The notes under the pieces: model-generated
Told to the model about the DNA's origin: nothing
The model's database searches: none
Seen by the model: only the letters and a program-made list of their open reading frames with translations
From: Candidatus Delongbacteria bacterium
GTDB lineage: Bacteria > UBA4055
Direction: 5' to 3'
DNA: 61,780 nt
Assembly: GCA_016937995.1 (NCBI GenBank)
Contig: JAFGVM010000066.1
Span: 1 to 61,780, forward strand
Made by a program: the position numbers and the translations under genes
Shown: one piece after another, positions 57,347-61,780 of the stretch
How the letters are laid out: every line of letters begins with the position of its first letter
Position numbering within the stretch: position 1 is the stretch's first letter

Positions 57347-58660
57347 CTAAAGATTTGTTTTCAACGTCATTCCAACTTTGAAGAACATATCCGCTTCACC
57401 TGAGTAATCGTACCACTCACCAGGGAACATAACAGCTAAATATGGAAGAAACGAAACTTTTTCATATAGCTTAATGTCAGCTTTAAGATCTACTTCAGTT
57501 CCAATCCAAGATTCAGGTCTATACATACCGTCACTTCCCAAGATAAGCAATTCAACTGGAGTAGTTGCATGTCCTGCTCCGAATGTAAGTTTGATTCCCT
57601 CTTTGATCTTATAGTCAAAGAAAATCGAAGGAAGGATTATACCGACAGTATTGAAACTGCTTATTGGACTGAAAACATTGTTACCGATATTGTTCATTCC
57701 ATATCCTGTCTCTGTAAGTATTTCTAATCCAGTTTCATAGTAAGTTACATTTTGATAACCGAAATAAGTATCATATCCACCTTCTGATGAGCTGTCACCA
57801 TCTCTGAACAAGAAATTGAATCTTGCACAAGTTTTACTATCAATTTTATAATTTGTCTTTAGACTGAAAAGAATTCCTGTAGATTCAGCACCAAAATCCT
57901 CTTCAGAACCGCTTATTATGTCAAGGTCAGGACGTTTATTGGTTGCAGCCAATACAGTTTCTATGTGGAAATTATTGAAAGTTCCTGAGAAATATGGTGC
58001 AAACCACAAGTTTATTGATGTTTCATGAATATTAGGATCAGCAGTCTTTTCTCTTACAAATTCTGATAAAGAGTTAAAACCAACTTTCATATTTTTATCG
58101 ATGTCATAGTTAAAGTCACCAATCAATACAGAATTTCCAAAACTATAGGTTGCCCCATCAATAATATCCTCATTATCATCAACAGGTACAAACCAAGCAA
58201 GTTTGGAAGTGAATTTTTCTCTGTAAACATTTGACCAAGAAATACCGGCAAGATCAGAATCTAATATTACTCTGTGAAAGTCCCTGTATGGTTGCAGACC
58301 TAGGATGACTTTATTATCTTTGTTAGGGGTAATTTCCAAATAAAGATTCTTTGTTTCAATGTTTACTCCGTCAGTTCCAAGACCACCACCGGAAATACTA
58401 TCTCCAAACTGTATGTCGCCGATCTCAAAGATCGCCTTGGCTGAAATGTAGTTATTTTTTCTGTAGCTGATCCATGGTTTGAACCTTAGATCAACAAGTC
58501 TTTGCCATGGCTGAGAATCGTAATAGATAGATAGGTTGCCATTCGAGTCCGTCATGTTGTACATCTCTGATCTCGTTCTTAGGGACATTCCGTTCTCAAG
58601 TTGAGCATTTGCCATAATCACAAACAGTGCAACAAAGGCAAAAGCTGTTAACTTCTTCAT
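57347..58660 (-). CDS. Outer-membrane beta-barrel protein, paralog of the neighbour
   Basis: Shares DLRFxP, FExGDIQFG, LGTDGxNxETKNLYL, GTExDLKA. Confidence 0.7.
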   Translation of the reverse strand: MKKLTAFAFVALFVIMANAQLENGMSLRTRSEMYNMTDSNGNLSIYYDSQPWQRLVDLRFKPWISYRKNNYISAKAIFEIGDIQFGDSISGGGLGTDGVNIETKNLYLEITPNKDNKVILGLQPYRDFHRVILDSDLAGISWSNVYREKFTSKLAWFVPVDDNEDIIDGATYSFGNSVLIGDFNYDIDKNMKVGFNSLSEFVREKTADPNIHETSINLWFAPYFSGTFNNFHIETVLAATNKRPDLDIISGSEEDFGAESTGILFSLKTNYKIDSKTCARFNFLFRDGDSSSEGGYDTYFGYQNVTYYETGLEILTETGYGMNNIGNNVFSPISSFNTVGIILPSIFFDYKIKEGIKLTFGAGHATTPVELLILGSDGMYRPESWIGTEVDLKADIKLYEKVSFLPYLAVMFPGEWYDYSGEADMFFKVGMTLKTNL

Positions 58661-58884
58661 AAGATCTCCGTTTTCGCTATATTAATATTATATCATACAT
58701 TAATAAATGAAAGCTTGCTCCATAATGAAAGCTCTCATTTCGATACAATTTAACAAGAGCAGTCAAGCTTGTCAAGTAAAAAATATATACTTTTGCCATG
58801 TTTGCTCTAGAATAAAATTTGAAGTCAAAATTAAGCCTTACTTAACTTGACAATGTAGGTATTAATTTCGTACTTTACTCCTAC

Positions 58885-60297
58885 ATGAGTATAGCGGATG
58901 ATGAAAACATATTTGAGATAATAAGCGACATAGCTCTGCAGGAAAACGTTAAAGTATTTTTAGTCGGAGGTTATGTTCGTGATATTATGTTGGATAGACG
59001 ATCAAACGATATTGATTTCGTTGTGGAAGGAGATTCTTTACAATTTGCGAGAATAGTTGCGAAAAGATTAAATAGAAAAAAAGTTGTTGAATTTCCCAAA
59101 TTCCAAACCTCGAAATTAAGCTATAAAGAATATGATTTGGAGTTTGTAACTGCAAGAAAAGAAAGTTATTTAGAAAATTCAAGAAATCCTGAGGTTGAAA
59201 AGAGTAATTTGCCTGAAGACCTAAAAAGAAGAGATTTTACGATAAACACACTTGCTATTGATTTAAATGACAGGGAAAACATCATAAATTTGTTTAACGG
59301 TATAGAGGATATCAAAAGCAGAATAATTAGAACCCCTTTAGACCCTGATATTACTTATTCTGATGATCCATTAAGAATGCTTAGAGCCGTTAGATTTGCT
59401 TCAAGGTTTAATTTTAAAATAGAAAAAGAGTCTTTTGAAGCGATAAAAAGGAACGCAAGCAGGTTGGATATTGTGTCCGAAGAAAGAATTAGTGATGAAT
59501 TTTTTAAGATACTGCTGTCTGATTATCCTGTGAAAGGTATTTATTTACTCGACCAAGCAGGATTACTTGAAACAATTTTGCCTGAACTGTCACAGCTGAA
59601 AGGAATAGAAATTTTAGATGGCACAGGGCATAAAGACAACTTTATTCATACTCTGAAAGTTTTAAATAACATCTCAAAGATAACAAAGAGCCTAAAACTT
59701 AGATTGTCTGCACTTATGCATGATATTGGCAAACCAAAATCAAAATACTTCAAGAAGGGTGTAGGTTGGACATTCCACGGTCATGATGATGTTGGAGTAA
59801 AGATTTTTACTGAGATCGCAAAAAGACTGAAGTGGCCAAATGATATTACAGAATACGTTTCAAAGATGATAAACCTACACCATAGACCCATATCCTTGAC
59901 AAAAGAGGAAGTTACAGATTCAGGAGTTAGAAGATTTTTATTCGAAGGTGGGGAGTTAGTTGATGATCTAATGCTTTTATGCAGAGCGGATATCACTACA
60001 TCGAACAAAAAAAAATTAAATAATTACCTTGATAATTTCGATAAACTTTCCGAAAAATTAATAGTTGTTGAAGAGAAGGATAAACTGAGGAACTTTAAAC
60101 CACCGGTCAATGGTATAGACATTATGAACGAGTTTTCCATAAATGAAGGTCCTATTATCGGGCAGATAAAGAAAGAGATCGTTGACTCAATAATAAACGG
60201 CTCCATTCCAAATGAAAAAGAAGCAGCGATGAATCTGCTTAAAAAAATAAAAGCAAGAATTGAAAAAAAATCAAACTTACATATCAAGAAGGTATAA
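58885..60297 (+). CDS. CCA tRNA nucleotidyltransferase / poly(A) polymerase family with HD domain
   Basis: LVGGYVRD, DIDF, RRDFTIN, DDPLRMLRAVRF, HDIGK. Confidence 0.92.
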   Translation: MSIADDENIFEIISDIALQENVKVFLVGGYVRDIMLDRRSNDIDFVVEGDSLQFARIVAKRLNRKKVVEFPKFQTSKLSYKEYDLEFVTARKESYLENSRNPEVEKSNLPEDLKRRDFTINTLAIDLNDRENIINLFNGIEDIKSRIIRTPLDPDITYSDDPLRMLRAVRFASRFNFKIEKESFEAIKRNASRLDIVSEERISDEFFKILLSDYPVKGIYLLDQAGLLETILPELSQLKGIEILDGTGHKDNFIHTLKVLNNISKITKSLKLRLSALMHDIGKPKSKYFKKGVGWTFHGHDDVGVKIFTEIAKRLKWPNDITEYVSKMINLHHRPISLTKEEVTDSGVRRFLFEGGELVDDLMLLCRADITTSNKKKLNNYLDNFDKLSEKLIVVEEKDKLRNFKPPVNGIDIMNEFSINEGPIIGQIKKEIVDSIINGSIPNEKEAAMNLLKKIKARIEKKSNLHIKKV

Positions 60298-60298
60298 T

Positions 60299-61627
60299 GT
60301 GAATGACGTAAGAGATGAGAAGAGAAAAATAAGTGCCAGTGACAGCGATATCTTTTCCATAAGCAGTGAAGAAAGTTTCTTCAATAATATTGCTGAAATT
60401 GAAGATCTGAGGAGTGTGGTTCCTACTCATGAAGAAACTGCAAATAAAAAACTGCAGGAGGTATTGAGTGTAACTGAAAAATTAATGACAACTTACAATA
60501 AAGATGAAATATTTGATCTCATAATTTCAAAGTCCATAAGATTAACTGGAGCAGAGAGAGGATATCTTATATTGATCGGAGACAATAATGAGCTTGAAGT
60601 TTCATATGCTCTCAAAATGGATTCAGAATCACCTGAAGATTCTTTAAAAGAAATATCGTCAACTGTTATAAATAAGGTTATCAGTGATAAAGAAGTCATC
60701 ATAGTCAAGGATGCGCTGAAGGACCAGGAATATGAGGTGAAAAGAAGTATTATCAATCTTAAGTTAAAATCTATCATGTGCGTTCCTATGATAAAAGAAG
60801 ATGTGGTCATAGGTATTATTTATGTTGAAAATAGAACAATTCCCGGAATTTTCAATTCAGAATCAGGAGAAATTTTAAAATTTTTTGGTAATCAGTGTGC
60901 TGTAGCCTTAGAAAATTTAGATCTTCTTGAAGAGAATAAGAGATATGCTTTAACTCTTGAAAAGCAGGTTCAAGAGAGAACTAGCGAGTTGGAATATGAA
61001 AAAAGTTTCGTTGAAAAGATAATAGATAATGTAGGTGAGATCCTGATAACTGTGAACCAGGACCTTATTATTCAGAAATCAAACATTGCTCTGAAATTGC
61101 TCGGTATGAATTCAAAAAACATAAAAGGAATGCATTTAAGTCAGTTTTATGAAAGTGAGTCATTTAAAAAAATTGAAGAAGCTATTTTGGGGGGTAAAAA
61201 CGCTTCGAATATTTCTTGCTATATAAAAAATATTGATGGAATAAAGATCCATTTTTCCGCAACGATAACACATATTACTGAGAATGGAAAAATATCCAGT
61301 TCTATCATAATAAACAAGGATATGACAGAAGTAGAAAAATATGAAAATGAAAGATTGGCAAAAAATGCTCTAGAATCTATCACGAAAGCAGCTGTTACAG
61401 CGAATGATCAAATCAATACTCCTCTCGGAGTTATAATTGGAAGAGCTACGATCCTTTCATCTTTTTTGCCTGAAGATTCCAAATTTCAAAAAAATCTTGA
61501 AATTATAAAAGAGCAGTCGTACAGAATAAAAGAAACTTTGAATGAAATGAAAGAAATAACAAAAATTGAAGATAAAGACTATAAATTAGACGGTATAAAA
61601 ATGATCAACCTTGATCAAAAGAAATAA
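60299..61627 (+). CDS. GAF-PAS sensor protein with degenerate HisKA-like C-terminus and no ATPase domain
   Basis: AERGYL, SIMCVPM, IYVEN (GAF); PAS; AVTANDQINTPL; GTG 60299 chosen to avoid overlap with the upstream gene. Confidence 0.75.
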   Translation: MNDVRDEKRKISASDSDIFSISSEESFFNNIAEIEDLRSVVPTHEETANKKLQEVLSVTEKLMTTYNKDEIFDLIISKSIRLTGAERGYLILIGDNNELEVSYALKMDSESPEDSLKEISSTVINKVISDKEVIIVKDALKDQEYEVKRSIINLKLKSIMCVPMIKEDVVIGIIYVENRTIPGIFNSESGEILKFFGNQCAVALENLDLLEENKRYALTLEKQVQERTSELEYEKSFVEKIIDNVGEILITVNQDLIIQKSNIALKLLGMNSKNIKGMHLSQFYESESFKKIEEAILGGKNASNISCYIKNIDGIKIHFSATITHITENGKISSSIIINKDMTEVEKYENERLAKNALESITKAAVTANDQINTPLGVIIGRATILSSFLPEDSKFQKNLEIIKEQSYRIKETLNEMKEITKIEDKDYKLDGIKMINLDQKK

Positions 61628-61780
61628 GAAAACACATAGAAAACATTTTAAATATAGTGAATGATCCGGGAATAGACTTTATGGAATTAGAGTCTAAAGT
61701 ACGTTGGGGATCATAGGAATTGAGCCTAAAAACATTAGGCGAAAAAAAATCAAAAAAATATTTACAAATTACTTGACAAA

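Noticed and set aside
587-60810. Many short antisense or alternative-frame ORFs in the track (e.g. 855..1454, 8345..8680, 19869..20369, 26390..26710, 27695..28096)
   Set aside because: They are shadows of well-supported genes and carry no recognisable motifs
1-61780. CRISPR array, prophage, transposase or rRNA
   Set aside because: No regularly spaced direct repeats and no cas, phage, transposase or rRNA signatures seen

Overview
AT-rich bacterial chromosomal DNA from a diderm anaerobe. FCB-superphylum affinity (Cloacimonadota/Delongbacteria-like) is inferred from gene content only. The standard code applies, and UGA is a normal stop in housekeeping genes. Flanks: ppi, PASTA protein, cdsA, rsfS, coaX, lptA-like, lptB, rpoN; a small ferredoxin and a MATE pump; a 2692-aa surface protein; cpdA-like; cobalamin riboswitch with btuB/btuG-like genes; tRNA-Sec; moxR/bat genes; two paralogous beta-barrels; a CCA enzyme; a GAF-PAS sensor. 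The centre (17.5-43.1 kb, all minus strand) is a ~25.5-kb ArsR-headed redox and sulfur-transfer cluster: dsrE, 2x tusA, 4 HdrA-like genes, flxDCBA, hdrC but no hdrB, FdhB/FrhB-like subunits, yeeE, 3 exported rhodaneses and a porin. The ORF track breaks five genes of this cluster at in-frame GGT-TGA codons, each followed by a SECIS-like hairpin. Three are MvhD/FlxD paralogs (a known Sec family). The other two are unusual: an outer-membrane porin (GGG-U-SG) and a rhodanese lipoprotein ending GG-U-G-stop, like the SoxY arm. Together these suggest a selenocysteine-dependent, trans-envelope sulfur (or selenium) relay coupled to HdrA/Flx electron bifurcation. That function is inferred, not shown.
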